Shown piece by piece: positions 18,840 through 27,965 of a stretch of 64,000 nt of DNA (positions within the stretch are counted from its first letter, which is position 1; each line of letters opens with the position of its first letter). Origin of the DNA: Patescibacteria group bacterium (GTDB lineage Bacteria; Patescibacteriota; Microgenomatia; UBA8517); the NCBI GenBank assembly GCA_022868165.1, contig JALHYA010000010.1, positions 375-64,374 on the forward strand. Reading direction: 5' to 3'. The translations under genes and the position numbers were made by a program. A model generated the notes under the pieces. That model searched no databases, had not been told where the DNA came from, and saw only the letters and a list, made by a program, of their open reading frames with translations.

Positions 18840-21344
18840 ATGGCCAAGAAAAGCAAATATGATCATAGGTCCATAGAGGCCAAATGGCAAGAGGCTTGGG
18901 CGGGCGAGGGGATATATACTCCCGACGTAAACAAAGCCAAGAACCCTTTCTATAATCTGTGGATGTTTCCATACCCTTCTGCGGAGGGTCTTCATGCCGG
19001 GCATGCCTATGCCTCAACCGGAAGCGACATCTACGGTAGATTTATGAGAATGCAGGGAAAAGATGTTTTCCAGCCTATTGGATATGATTCTTTCGGAATC
19101 CACTCTGAAAATTACGCATTAAAAGTAGGGGAGAATCCGGAAACAATCGTACCTAAAACCAGCAAAAACTACGAAAGACAACTTAAGAGCTTGGGGCACG
19201 GCTACGATTGGACCAGGACCGTGACCACATCCGATATTGATTATTATGTTTGGACACAGTGGCTTTTTGTTCAGCTTTTTAAGGCCGGGTTGGCTTACCG
19301 CAAGGAAGCAAAAGTAAACTGGTGTCCTTCCTGTAAAACCGTGTTGGCAGACGAGCAAGTTATAAACGGAAAATGTGAGAGGTGTTCTACCGAGGTTCAA
19401 AAAAAGGACCTTGCCCAATGGTTTTTCAGGATTACGGATTATGCGGACAAGCTTCTGGCAAACCTTGAAAAAATCGATTGGCCCGGGCACATTAAGCTGT
19501 CGCAGAAAAATTGGATAGGGAAAAGCGAGGGCGAGAGCATCCGTTTTAGGCTTGTTGGCTCCTCGGAGTATATAGAAGTTTTTACAACCAGGCCGGATAC
19601 GCTTTACGGAGCCACTTTTTTGGTACTTTCGCCCCATAGCGCTTGGGTTGGGAAAGTCACAACTAAAGAAAACATGGGTAAAGTATCGGAATATGTCAAA
19701 AACCATCAGCAATCAGCAATTAACAATCAGCAATCCAAGCTTAAAACAGGAGTATTTACGGGCGGCTACACTATAAATCCGGCGACCGGGGAAGAAATCC
19801 CGATTTGGGTTTCCGATTATGTCTTGGAAGGCTACGGTTCGGGCGCGATAATGGGCGTTCCCAGCCACGACGAGAGGGATAAGGAATTTGCTTTGACACA
19901 CAAATTAGAAGTGAGACAGATTGTTCCGGATGAGGGGTTGTGGGATATAGTCGAACAAAAGGATTGGGGCCGGCGTGCGGTTAGTTTTCACTTAAGGGAT
20001 TGGCTTATCTCCCGTCAGCGCTATTGGGGACCTCCTATACCTGCGATTTACTGTCCGAGATGCGCCAAAGAAGGGAAATCGTACTTTTCGGAAGCTAAGG
20101 GGCAAATTCATGCCGACCAAAACGATTGGGAGCATACCGGCTGGTATCCTGTGGATGAAAATGAGCTTCCGGTGAAACTGCCGCACATTGAAGATTATCG
20201 TCCGGTAGGAACCGGAAAGGGTCCACTGGCCAACCATCCGGAGTTTTACGAGACTGTTTGCCCCGCCTGCGGCAGTAAAGCCATGCGTGAGACCGATGTT
20301 TCCGATACATTTCTTGATAGTTCGTGGTATTTCCTGCGTTACCCTTCGGTTGGCACAGAGTCGAAGTTAGAAGATAGAAGTTTGATGCTAGATGAGGATG
20401 TTAGAAGTGGGAAAGTCGGAAATAGGGTTTCCAACTTCAAGCTTCAAAATCCAGATTCACACATCCAACTTCCAACTTCTAGCCTTCCTTGGGATCCTGA
20501 GATCACAAGGCGATGGCTCCCGGTTGATTTGTATTTCGGAGGAGCCGAGCATGCCGTTTTGCATCTTATGTATTCCCGGTTTATGACAATGGTGCTTCAT
20601 GACATTGGAAAGGTGGACTTTGAGGAGCCTTTTCCGCGATTCTTTGCGCATGGACTCATGATTAAAGACAGCGCAAAGATGAGTAAATCCAAAGGCAATG
20701 TAGTCAATCCGGATCCGTATATCGAGAAGTTCGGAGCTGATGCACTGCGACTATATTTGATGTTCATTGGACCCATGGACGGCAGCCCCGTCTTTAGGGA
20801 TACGGGTATGGAAGGGATGAAGAGATTTGTCAATAGGCTCTGGGAGCTTTTTACAACAAAACCGGCCGAAAAAAGTAATAAAGAAGCTACTATCAAAATG
20901 CATCAAACCATAAACAAAGTGACGGAAGATATACAAAATTTCAGATATAACGTGGCCATAGCGGCAATTATGGAGTATGTAAATGTTCTTAAGGAGAATG
21001 GGGCATCGGCCGAGGCTTTAAAAAATCTTGCACTAATGCTTGCCCCGTTTGCTCCGCATATGACCGAAGAAGTTTGGCATATGATGGGCAATACATCATC
21101 GATTCATAAGGCTTCCTGGCCTCAATTTGATCCCGATTTGGCCAGAGAGAAGAGGGTGGTCGTGGTTGTACAGATTAACGGAAAACTTCGCGCAGAGCTT
21201 GAAGTAAACTCTCTGCAAGGCCAAAATCAGGAGGAAATCGAGAAACTTTCAAAATCCGATCCCAACATAGTTAAATGGTTAGAGGGGAAGAAGGTCAAAA
21301 AGGCCGTTTTCGTGCCCGGGCGATTAATTAATTTTGTAATTTAG
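18840..21344 (+). CDS. leuS: Leucyl-tRNA synthetase.
   Basis: 834 aa. 'PYPSAEGLHAGHAYASTGSDIYGRFMRM' is the HIGH-region; 'KMSKSKGNVVNP' is KMSKS. Typical LeuS architecture. Confidence 0.95.
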   Translation: MAKKSKYDHRSIEAKWQEAWAGEGIYTPDVNKAKNPFYNLWMFPYPSAEGLHAGHAYASTGSDIYGRFMRMQGKDVFQPIGYDSFGIHSENYALKVGENPETIVPKTSKNYERQLKSLGHGYDWTRTVTTSDIDYYVWTQWLFVQLFKAGLAYRKEAKVNWCPSCKTVLADEQVINGKCERCSTEVQKKDLAQWFFRITDYADKLLANLEKIDWPGHIKLSQKNWIGKSEGESIRFRLVGSSEYIEVFTTRPDTLYGATFLVLSPHSAWVGKVTTKENMGKVSEYVKNHQQSAINNQQSKLKTGVFTGGYTINPATGEEIPIWVSDYVLEGYGSGAIMGVPSHDERDKEFALTHKLEVRQIVPDEGLWDIVEQKDWGRRAVSFHLRDWLISRQRYWGPPIPAIYCPRCAKEGKSYFSEAKGQIHADQNDWEHTGWYPVDENELPVKLPHIEDYRPVGTGKGPLANHPEFYETVCPACGSKAMRETDVSDTFLDSSWYFLRYPSVGTESKLEDRSLMLDEDVRSGKVGNRVSNFKLQNPDSHIQLPTSSLPWDPEITRRWLPVDLYFGGAEHAVLHLMYSRFMTMVLHDIGKVDFEEPFPRFFAHGLMIKDSAKMSKSKGNVVNPDPYIEKFGADALRLYLMFIGPMDGSPVFRDTGMEGMKRFVNRLWELFTTKPAEKSNKEATIKMHQTINKVTEDIQNFRYNVAIAAIMEYVNVLKENGASAEALKNLALMLAPFAPHMTEEVWHMMGNTSSIHKASWPQFDPDLAREKRVVVVVQINGKLRAELEVNSLQGQNQEEIEKLSKSDPNIVKWLEGKKVKKAVFVPGRLINFVI

Positions 21345-21349
21345 CCTTA

Positions 21350-21928
21350 ATGCCTGCCTTAAATAAGCGTCAGGTAGCATTTGCCTTAGCTGGCTTAATC
21401 TTACTTTCTCTGGGGCTTCTTCAAGTCCGCAAGACAGTGCAACTATCTCCGGAGCGGGTAAGTGTCTTGGAAGCGACGACAGAGGCCCAAAAAACCCAAA
21501 CAGATATTGTCGTAGAAATTTCCGGACAAGTCGAAAAGCCCGGCGTTTATAAATTACAAAACGGGTCTCGGGTCGAGGATTTAATTGTTGCCGCGGGAGG
21601 AATTTCGGCGGAGGCCGACAGAGTTTGGTTGGATAAAACTCTAAACCGCGCGGCAAAACTTTTGGACGGACAGAAACTTTTTATCCCACCTAAAAATAGC
21701 GGGGATATCAAAGTGTATCAGCCGTCCAATGCCGTTCAGGGGAGTGGTTTGATAAATATCAACACCGCAGGGCTTTCCGACCTGGATACGCTACCGGGTA
21801 TTGGCCCTGTTTACGGCCAAAACATCATCGAACACAGACCTTACTCAAATATCGAGGAGTTGGTGTCAAAAGGGGCTCTAAAGGAGTTTGTCTTTGAAAA
21901 AATCAAAGACAAAATAACCGCTTACTAA
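21350..21928 (+). CDS. comEA: Competence protein ComEA: TM anchor, SLBB domain and C-terminal helix-hairpin-helix.
   Basis: 'INTAGLSDLDTLPGIGPVYGQNIIEHRPYSNIEEL' is the HhH motif. N-terminal hydrophobic segment. Confidence 0.8.
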   Translation: MPALNKRQVAFALAGLILLSLGLLQVRKTVQLSPERVSVLEATTEAQKTQTDIVVEISGQVEKPGVYKLQNGSRVEDLIVAAGGISAEADRVWLDKTLNRAAKLLDGQKLFIPPKNSGDIKVYQPSNAVQGSGLININTAGLSDLDTLPGIGPVYGQNIIEHRPYSNIEELVSKGALKEFVFEKIKDKITAY

Positions 21929-22798
21929 ATGCGAATATTGTTTTGGATTTTTCTAATTTCCTTTACAATTCTTCGTGTTATAACATCCGGCCCGACAAAA
22001 ATTACCGCCAATTTTCCTGAAGATACCAATCCTTTAAAAGAAAAAATTTCCTCTTTCTATAAAAAGACTTTGCCGGAACCGCATGCATCGCTCCTGAGCG
22101 GAATGGTGTTGGGGACAAAGACAGGTCTTCCTTATAATTTTTGGCAGTCACTAAAGATTACCGGGACCGCCCATGTTGTTGTGGCGTCGGGAATGAATGT
22201 CAGTCTTTTGGCAGGATTTTTGCTGGGCTTTTTGGCCTTGTTTTTCAAAAGGAAAACTGCGATACCAATTCTTTTGACTGCAATTTGGGGTTATGTATTT
22301 TTAGTCGGCTTTGAAGCGCCGATTGTACGGGCGGGGATAATGGGTAGCCTGGCGTTTGCCGGACAAACCCTAGGTAGGGTGGTATCGGTATGGCGTATTT
22401 TGGCCTTGACGGTTCTTGTCATGCTGGCGGTTAAGCCAACTTGGGCGTTTGAACTGGGTTTTATTCTTTCGTTTCTGGCCACAACGTCACTAATGCTCTT
22501 TGAGTCCCGAATAAGAACATATATCAAAGTTCTTCCGGAAGTGGTAAAGGAGGGCCTTTCTACATCTCTGGCTGCACAGGTTGGAGTTGCTCCGATACTG
22601 TTTGTTACATTTGGCCAGTTTAACCCGCTTTCCCCCGTGATAAACGCCTTGGTTCTCTGGACGGTACCCCTGATTACTATTATCGGGGCCTTGGCAGGCA
22701 TAATCGGAATGGCGGTACCGTTTCTGGGCAGCCTCGTACTTTATCTTTGTTATCCTCTTACAAGCTGGTTTATATGGGTAGTAACAAGCCTTTCGTAA
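21929..22798 (+). CDS. comEC: ComEC, polytopic competence-domain part.
   Basis: 289 aa, multi-TM. 'GTAHVVVASGMNVSLLAGFLLG' matches the Competence domain. Its last 52 nt overlap the next ORF in another frame. Confidence 0.7.
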   Translation: MRILFWIFLISFTILRVITSGPTKITANFPEDTNPLKEKISSFYKKTLPEPHASLLSGMVLGTKTGLPYNFWQSLKITGTAHVVVASGMNVSLLAGFLLGFLALFFKRKTAIPILLTAIWGYVFLVGFEAPIVRAGIMGSLAFAGQTLGRVVSVWRILALTVLVMLAVKPTWAFELGFILSFLATTSLMLFESRIRTYIKVLPEVVKEGLSTSLAAQVGVAPILFVTFGQFNPLSPVINALVLWTVPLITIIGALAGIIGMAVPFLGSLVLYLCYPLTSWFIWVVTSLS

Positions 22799-23616
22799 AG
22801 TATATTATCGGGGGAGTTGGGCTATTTTTTGTCAGCGTTTGGCTGGCAATTTGGGCCATTCCCGACTCTTCGCTGCATTTGATTGCTTGTGATGTTGGTC
22901 AGGGAGATGCAATTTTGGCAACTTGGGGTACTTTTCAAGTTTTAACCGACGCTGGTCCGGGAAAGCGGGTTTTGGATTGTTTATCAAAACATATGCCCTT
23001 TTGGGACAGGGAAATAGAGGTCGTAGTTTTGACCCATCCGCAGATAGACCACTTCGGGGGACTGGCTGAAGTAATCAGCCGATATAAAGTTGACACTTTT
23101 GTAAAAACACAAGCAAGCTCTGACACTGACGAGTATCGAGTGCTAGAAAATGCGGTGGGGGGTAGTAGGGCACGGGTAGTATATGCGGATGTTGGTACTC
23201 AGGTCAGAGCTGGGAAGATATATTTAGATATAGTTCACCCGCCGAAAGGCCTGACATCCTCCGACGATAACGATTTATCTATCGTTTCCATCCTTAAATT
23301 CGTCAATTTCGAGGCTCTTTTGACCGGCGACATAAGCCCCAAAGCAACCCAGCTGATTTTATCAAAAAACCTAATCGGACCTGTCGAATATATCAAAGTA
23401 CCTCATCATGGTTCGCGCTACGGATTGACAAAAAGCCTTTTGGAAGTCTCAAGGCCCCAGTTTGCGGTTATTTCTTTGAAGAGAGGCAACTCCTATGGCC
23501 ATCCGCACAAAGAGACTTTAGACCTGCTTGCGGAATTTGGCATCAAAGTTTACCGGACCGACGAAATTGGAGATGTTGAAATTATTTCCGACGGGGAAAG
23601 GTGGGGCCTGAAATAG
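22747..23616 (+). CDS. comEC: ComEC, metallo-beta-lactamase-fold domain part.
   Basis: 'LIACDVGQGDAIL', 'VVLTHPQIDHFGGL', 'KVPHHGSRYG' and 'SYGHPH' are MBL motifs, preceded by a TM helix. Confidence 0.75.
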   Translation: MLSSYKLVYMGSNKPFVKYIIGGVGLFFVSVWLAIWAIPDSSLHLIACDVGQGDAILATWGTFQVLTDAGPGKRVLDCLSKHMPFWDREIEVVVLTHPQIDHFGGLAEVISRYKVDTFVKTQASSDTDEYRVLENAVGGSRARVVYADVGTQVRAGKIYLDIVHPPKGLTSSDDNDLSIVSILKFVNFEALLTGDISPKATQLILSKNLIGPVEYIKVPHHGSRYGLTKSLLEVSRPQFAVISLKRGNSYGHPHKETLDLLAEFGIKVYRTDEIGDVEIISDGERWGLK

Positions 23617-23642
23617 TTAGTAGAGTATAGTATCATCAAAAC

Positions 23643-25313
23643 ATGAAGGATGTAGTCGAAAAAGCTGTCAAAAAGGCAATCGGAAGAAATGATGTTTTGG
23701 TTGAGTTTACGGAGAACGAAAACTTCGGAGATTTTTCAACAAATATTGCCCTGCATTTGGGCGGGAGTCCCAAAGAAGAAGCGGAAAAATTAGTCGATAT
23801 TCTTAAGAAAAGCCCGGAACTTACAAAAATTGTTTCGAAAATCGAGGTCGCCGGACCGGGATTTATTAATTTCCGGCTTTCAAAAGAAGCGCTTTTGGAA
23901 AATCTTGAAGAAATACTCAAAGTAAAAGAGTCATTCGGCGCTTCCGATATCGGAAAGAGGAAAACAACAATTGTGGAGTACTCTTCGCCGAATATAGCAA
24001 AACATTTCGCAATAGGTCATTTACGCTCGACAATTATCGGCAAAGCACTATTTAATATGTATGGTTTTCTGGGTTATAAGACCATTGGTGAGAATCATTT
24101 GGGAGATTGGGGAACGCAATTTGGTACTTTGCTGTACCAAATTAACAGTCAACATTTAACAGTTGACAAATTGACTCTCGACGAACTTCAAGACCTTTAT
24201 GTCGATTTCCACGAAAAAGCCGAAATAAATCCCGAGCTTTGGGATGAGGCCAGAACTTGGTTTAAGAAGCTCGAGGGGGGAGATGAGGAAGCCCGACATA
24301 TTTGGCGAAGCTTGGTAGAAAAATCCATGGTCGAATTCGAAAGAATTTACAATATTCTTGGAGTTAATATCGAAAATGCTCACGGAGAGAGCTTCTACGA
24401 AGGCATTATGCCTTCGGTCATCGAGGATATTCGAAAGCGTAAGCTTTCGAAAAAGAGTCTAGGAGCAGAAATAGTCGAGTTTAAGGATTTACCCCCGGCG
24501 ATGCTTATCAAAAGCGACGGGACAACGACCTATTACACAAGAGATTTGGCGGCTCTGGCTTACAGAATTAAAACTTGGGATCCGGCCTTGATTATATATG
24601 AGGTCGGAAGCGATCAAATACTTCATTTCAGACAGGTTTTTGAAACGGCAAAGTTTCTTGGCTGGTCCGAAGGCAGGGAATTTGTTCACATAGCTCATGG
24701 TTTGATACGGTTTGAACATGGCAAGATGTCTACCCGGAAAGGGCAGAGCATTAAACTCGAGGAAGTATTGGACGAGGCGATTAAAAGGGCAAGACAGATA
24801 ATCGAAAAATCCGAAACCGGTAGGGGTTTAGCGGAGGATGAGAAAGGTAAAGTTGCCAAAGCCGTTGGTATTGGGGCGGTTAAATATTTCGACCTTATGC
24901 ATCACCCGCAAACGGACATTGTTTTTGATTGGAATAAAGTATTCGTGCTCGAGGGGAATTCCGCTCCCTATTTGCAATATACCGTCGCTCGGACGAATTC
25001 AGTCCTCGCAAAAGCACAAAAAAGTTTCGAATTTCGAATTTCGAATTTCGAATTTAACTCCGAGGAACTTGGAGTTTTGAGGAGTTTAGCCCGATTTGGC
25101 GATGTAATCATCACCGCGGCCAAAAATTACTCACCAAATCTGCTCACGAACTATCTTTTCGACCTGGCTCAAAAGTTCAATGCTTTTTATAACTCAAATC
25201 GCATCATTGGTTCAGATTCTGAAGCTCTTAGGCTTAGACTAACCTCTGCCACCGGCCAGGTATTAAAAAATGGCCTAACACTTTTAGGGATTGAAACTCC
25301 GGAGAGGATGTAG
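23643..25313 (+). CDS. argS: Arginyl-tRNA synthetase.
   Basis: 556 aa. 'SSPNIAKHFAIGHLRSTIIG' is HIGH-like; the DALR anticodon-binding region is at the C-terminus. Contains an in-frame (TTTCGAA)x4 tandem repeat at 25025-25055. Confidence 0.9.
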   Translation: MKDVVEKAVKKAIGRNDVLVEFTENENFGDFSTNIALHLGGSPKEEAEKLVDILKKSPELTKIVSKIEVAGPGFINFRLSKEALLENLEEILKVKESFGASDIGKRKTTIVEYSSPNIAKHFAIGHLRSTIIGKALFNMYGFLGYKTIGENHLGDWGTQFGTLLYQINSQHLTVDKLTLDELQDLYVDFHEKAEINPELWDEARTWFKKLEGGDEEARHIWRSLVEKSMVEFERIYNILGVNIENAHGESFYEGIMPSVIEDIRKRKLSKKSLGAEIVEFKDLPPAMLIKSDGTTTYYTRDLAALAYRIKTWDPALIIYEVGSDQILHFRQVFETAKFLGWSEGREFVHIAHGLIRFEHGKMSTRKGQSIKLEEVLDEAIKRARQIIEKSETGRGLAEDEKGKVAKAVGIGAVKYFDLMHHPQTDIVFDWNKVFVLEGNSAPYLQYTVARTNSVLAKAQKSFEFRISNFEFNSEELGVLRSLARFGDVIITAAKNYSPNLLTNYLFDLAQKFNAFYNSNRIIGSDSEALRLRLTSATGQVLKNGLTLLGIETPERM

Positions 25314-25322
25314 CTTTGTAGA

Positions 25323-25901
25323 TTAGTTTTTGAGGGTTTCTTCTACTTTCTTCTCGATTTTGACAATCGGTTCCTCGATTATCTGCGCGACGGTTTCCGG
25401 CTTTGACATCTGCTCTTCAAGCTTTCTTTCGATATATGAGGTGTCAATCTGCTTTATCATCTCTTCAAGCTCGTCATCCTCAATTTTTATGCCTTGTTTG
25501 GAGGCAATATGTTTTAATATTTGCAGGATTTTGGTAATTTCCTTCTCCGCTATCAAATTTACCTGAAGCTGAAGCTCTTGGCGAATGCTTGCGATTTGGT
25601 TTTCGCGGTTCTGGCTGATAAGGACAATTATGGAAAGAAGTATCGCATATGTTGAGACGGCGACGGAGAGAAGCAGGAACGGAAACGGGTCGAATGGCTT
25701 AAAGGGGGTTTTGCCTGTATTGACAACGAGCCAGAAAATAAAGACCAAAAGGTTCACAATAAGAAAGAACATTGTGCCGAAAGAGGAAGTAAGAGCGTCG
25801 GCTATACGTACATAAAAAGGTCTTTTCTTTAGTTCCACCGATTCAAAGCTTCTTACAATGTGATGAGTCCTGTGATGGGGATGACCTGGCATTAGAAACA
25901 T
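25323..25901 (-). CDS. DUF1003-family membrane protein. Start placed at the internal Met; the track ORF extends to 26186 but would overlap the M16 gene.
   Basis: 'RPFYVRIADALTSSFGTMFFLIVNLLVFIFWLVVN...FDPFPFLLLSVAVSTYAILLSIIVLISQNRENQ' matches the DUF1003 core, followed by a coiled-coil tail. Confidence 0.6.
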   Translation of the reverse strand: MFLMPGHPHHRTHHIVRSFESVELKKRPFYVRIADALTSSFGTMFFLIVNLLVFIFWLVVNTGKTPFKPFDPFPFLLLSVAVSTYAILLSIIVLISQNRENQIASIRQELQLQVNLIAEKEITKILQILKHIASKQGIKIEDDELEEMIKQIDTSYIERKLEEQMSKPETVAQIIEEPIVKIEKKVEETLKN

Positions 25902-25938
25902 TGTATAATCGCAAACAGTCCAAGTCCAGTCGGAAGAG

Positions 25939-27210
25939 ATGAAATATACTAAAACTACTCTTAAAAACGGTTTGAGAGTGATAACCACTCCAATTGCGAC
26001 TCTTGAATCGGCCACAGTTACGGTTTGGGTTAAAACCGGCTCCCGCTTGGAAGAAAAAAGGGTGAACGGAATCTCACATTTTTTGGAACACATGGTTTTT
26101 AAGGGAAGCAAGAAGCGCCCTACGGCCAAAGATATTTCGGAAGCTGTCGATTCTTTCGGTGGCGAATTCAATGCGGGAACATCCAAAGAGTGGACGAACT
26201 TCTATATAAAGGCAACGGCAAAGCATCTGGAAGACGCTTTCGATATCTTAAGCGATATGGTTCTTAACCCCCTTCTTAGGGAAGAAGAGATAGAAAGAGA
26301 AAAAGGAGTGATAGTCGAAGAAATTAATATGTATGAAGATACTCCGATAATGAAAATCGGAGATATTTTTGAGGAGCTTGCATATTCGGGAAATTCACTC
26401 GGCTGGGATGCCGCGGGAAAGCCAAAAACAGTCAGAGCAATCAAAAGAGATGATTTCTTGCGATATAGAAAGAAGCATTATTATGCAGAAAATATGGTTG
26501 TAACTGTTGCAGGAGGAATAAAAGAGCAGGAAACGATTAATTTGGCCCAAAAATATTTTGGCGGTTTAAAATCTGGGTCAACGTCTGCATATAAAACCTT
26601 CGACAAAAGGCAAACTAAACCACAAGTACTTCTGAAGTCCAAGAAAAACGAGCAGGCACACTTTATTTTGGGCTTTTTGGGAGAACCCCGCGGGCATAAA
26701 GACCGGTTTGTCGAGGCAACGCTGGCTTCGATTTTGGGCGGGGGAATGAGCTCGAGACTTTTTATTGAAATTCGCGAAAGGCGAGGCTTGGCTTATTCCG
26801 TCAGAACCAGCGCGGACCATTACGGAGATACGGGTTCTTTTGCCACCTACGCAGGGGTTGATATAAATAAGGTCGATGAAGCAATAGCCGTAATGCTTCA
26901 ACAGCTTTACGGAATTTCCAATGGCCAATTTCCAATTTCCAATAAAGAACTCAAGAAGGCCAAGGAATTCATAAAAGGCCATATAGCGCTCGGACTCGAA
27001 GATACAAAGGCGGTAAATGACCTTTTTGGGGAAAATGAGCTCTTTTTGAACAAAGTTGAGACTCCGGAACAAATATTTGTCGGCATAGATAAAGTAAAAA
27101 CAGACGATGTGGTTGCTTTGGCCAAGAAGCTCTTCCTGCCGGAAAGGTTGAATTTGGCGATAATCGGACCCTATAAAGACCAAAAAAGATTCGAAAAACT
27201 TCTTGAATGA
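25939..27210 (+). CDS. M16-family (pitrilysin-like) zinc peptidase.
   Basis: 423 aa. 'GISHFLEHMVFKGS' is the inverted HxxEH zinc-binding motif. Confidence 0.85.
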   Translation: MKYTKTTLKNGLRVITTPIATLESATVTVWVKTGSRLEEKRVNGISHFLEHMVFKGSKKRPTAKDISEAVDSFGGEFNAGTSKEWTNFYIKATAKHLEDAFDILSDMVLNPLLREEEIEREKGVIVEEINMYEDTPIMKIGDIFEELAYSGNSLGWDAAGKPKTVRAIKRDDFLRYRKKHYYAENMVVTVAGGIKEQETINLAQKYFGGLKSGSTSAYKTFDKRQTKPQVLLKSKKNEQAHFILGFLGEPRGHKDRFVEATLASILGGGMSSRLFIEIRERRGLAYSVRTSADHYGDTGSFATYAGVDINKVDEAIAVMLQQLYGISNGQFPISNKELKKAKEFIKGHIALGLEDTKAVNDLFGENELFLNKVETPEQIFVGIDKVKTDDVVALAKKLFLPERLNLAIIGPYKDQKRFEKLLE

Positions 27211-27758
27211 AAGACGAAACAGTTGTTTTAATCAAACCCGACGGAGTCAGAAAGGGGATAATCGGGGAAATAATGGCCAGATTTGAGCGCGTAGGCTTAA
27301 AAATCGCAGCTGCGAAGATGATTTGGGTGGATAAAACTTTTGTGGGGAAGCACTATCAGGATAAAGATGCTTATCATAAGACGGTGGGGACAAAAATCCT
27401 CGAGAATTATCAAAAATTCGGATTGGACGCAAACGAAAGCCTGGGCACAAAAGATCCCGTCAAAATAGGCAGAATGGTAAGGAATTGGAATATGGAATTT
27501 TTGTCTTCGGGCCCGGTTTTTGCGATGCTTCTTGAAGGACCTGATGCCGTTTTAATCGTCAGAAAAATCGTAGGCAGCACTTTTCCCGCGGATGCCCTTC
27601 CGGGCACAATTCGCGGCGATTTTTCTCTGGATTCAGCTTACATATCAAATCTCCAAAGAAGGACTACTCAAAATGTGATTCACGCTTCAGGCTCCAAAGA
27701 AGAAGCGGAATTCGAAAAGAAGCTCTGGTTCAAAAACTCCGAGATATACAAGTATTAA
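27207..27758 (+). CDS. ndk: Nucleoside diphosphate kinase, with an internal insertion (183 aa).
   Basis: 'VVLIKPDGVRKGIIGEIMARFERVGLKIAAAKM' is the NDK N-terminal signature; 'NVIHASGS' is the active-site His region. ATGA overlap with the M16 gene. Confidence 0.85.
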   Translation: MKDETVVLIKPDGVRKGIIGEIMARFERVGLKIAAAKMIWVDKTFVGKHYQDKDAYHKTVGTKILENYQKFGLDANESLGTKDPVKIGRMVRNWNMEFLSSGPVFAMLLEGPDAVLIVRKIVGSTFPADALPGTIRGDFSLDSAYISNLQRRTTQNVIHASGSKEEAEFEKKLWFKNSEIYKY

Positions 27759-27832
27759 GTCGGGGTGCCCGGACTTGTGTGCATAACCATTTCTTGCACT
27801 ATCAAGGCCGGCACAAGTTTTAAGTCGGGGTG
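27756..27832. repeat. 22-nt direct repeat TAAGTCGGGGTGCCCGGACTTG at 27756-27777 and 27811-27832. The second copy is the 3' end of tRNA-Pro; the first overlaps the ndk stop.
   Basis: Exact duplication read directly from the sequence. Confidence 0.55.
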
Positions 27833-27886
27833 CCCGGACTTGAACCGGGAACCTCTCGCACCCGAAGCGAGCGCTCTACCATTGAG
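27815..27886 (-). tRNA. tRNA-Pro (anticodon CGG), C1:G72, no encoded CCA.
   Basis: RC folds as CGGGGTG-T-G-GCTC-AATGGTA-GAGC-G-CTCGC-TTCGGGT-GCGAG-AGGTT-CCCGG-TTCAAGT-CCGGG-CACCCCG-A. Confidence 0.75.
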
Positions 27887-27889
27887 CCA

Positions 27890-27964
27890 CACCCCGATTT
27901 GGTGCCCCTGGCAGGAGTCGAACTTGCATCACCCGCTTAGGACGCGGATGCTCTATCCGTTGAG
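27890..27964 (-). tRNA. tRNA-Arg (anticodon CCT), CCA encoded.
   Basis: RC folds as GCCCCTG-TA-GCTC-AACGGATA-GAGC-A-TCCGC-GTCCTAA-GCGGG-...-GCAAG-TTCGACT-CCTGC-CAGGGGC-A-CCA. Confidence 0.75.
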
Positions 27965-27965
27965 C

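Noticed and set aside
19700-19740. 'cagcaatcagcaattaacaatcagcaat' Q-rich microrepeat in leuS.
   Set aside because: A short in-frame low-complexity insertion (HQQSAINNQQSK) with no evidence of function beyond a lineage-specific loop.
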